Assembly: GCA_020536535.1 (NCBI GenBank)
Contig: JAHLWZ010000080.1
Location: 1 to 34,907, forward strand
Source of the DNA: Pelomyxa schiedti
Taxonomy: Eukaryota; Protista; Evosea
Reading direction: 5' to 3'
DNA length: 34,907 nucleotides
Below are positions 34,788 through 34,907 of the stretch, in pieces; position 1 is the first letter of the stretch, and the number at the start of each line of letters is the position of its first letter. The translations under genes were made by a program, and so were the position numbers. Below the pieces are notes generated by a model. It saw only the letters and a program-made list of their open reading frames with translations, had not been told where the DNA came from and did no database searches.

Positions 34788-34907
34788 CATATCTGGATCA
34801 GTGGGCGGTGATTTTTTTCCCTACAAAAAGTGCATCATCACCGCCCAAAATCACCGCCCGGGCGGTGATTTTGGGCGGTGATGATGCACTTTTTGCAGTC
34901 AAATCGG
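34788..34907. mobile_element. Left end of the same TIR-bearing element (continues beyond the window end)
   Basis: 34-bp TIR at 34788-34821 pairs with 78-112. Five ATCACCGCCC copies in both orientations. The left flank GCTGTCGTCT matches the empty site at 10951-10960. Confidence 0.75.
34824..34895. repeat. Perfect 72-bp palindrome without a loop
   Basis: CAAAAAGTGCATCATCACCGCCCAAAATCACCGCCC (34824-34859) is followed directly by its exact reverse complement (34860-34895). Confidence 0.97.

Noticed and set aside
78-34821. The whole window as one giant transposon bounded by TIRs
   Set aside because: The sequence inside each TIR matches the two sides of the empty site at 10951-10975, so the element lies outside the window and the genes are flanking host DNA.
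34803-34882. ATCACCGCC resembles a phage lambda operator half-site, or a CRISPR-like repeat
   Set aside because: The match is short, the context is eukaryotic, and there are no phage or cas genes or unique spacers. Subterminal repeats of the TIR element explain it better.

Overview
This is gene-dense, intron-rich eukaryotic DNA with short spliceosomal introns (mostly ~40-160 nt) and three 100-N scaffold gaps. It most likely comes from an amoebozoan protist; a Pelomyxa-like archamoeba is my inference, not something the sequence proves. Genes I can support: SepSecS (selenocysteine synthase), a divergent Rab1-like GTPase, a fimbrin-type CH-pair/coiled-coil/C2 protein, a DENN-domain GEF, two RRM proteins (one nucleolin-like), a GATA zinc-finger factor, an inositol polyphosphate kinase fused to four EF-hands, an isoaspartyl peptidase/asparaginase, a bacterial-style transmembrane class III adenylate cyclase, a disordered SPP-rich protein and three copies of an orphan family. 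The two ends of the window (33565-34787 and 113-1077) are diverged copies of the adjacent internal segments 9662-10962 and 10958-11897. Each runs out into one end of the same terminal-inverted-repeat element, which carries ATCACCGCCC repeats and a perfect 72-bp palindrome. The filled and the empty insertion site are therefore both present. Gene coordinates are start-to-stop spans including introns, from manual splicing.
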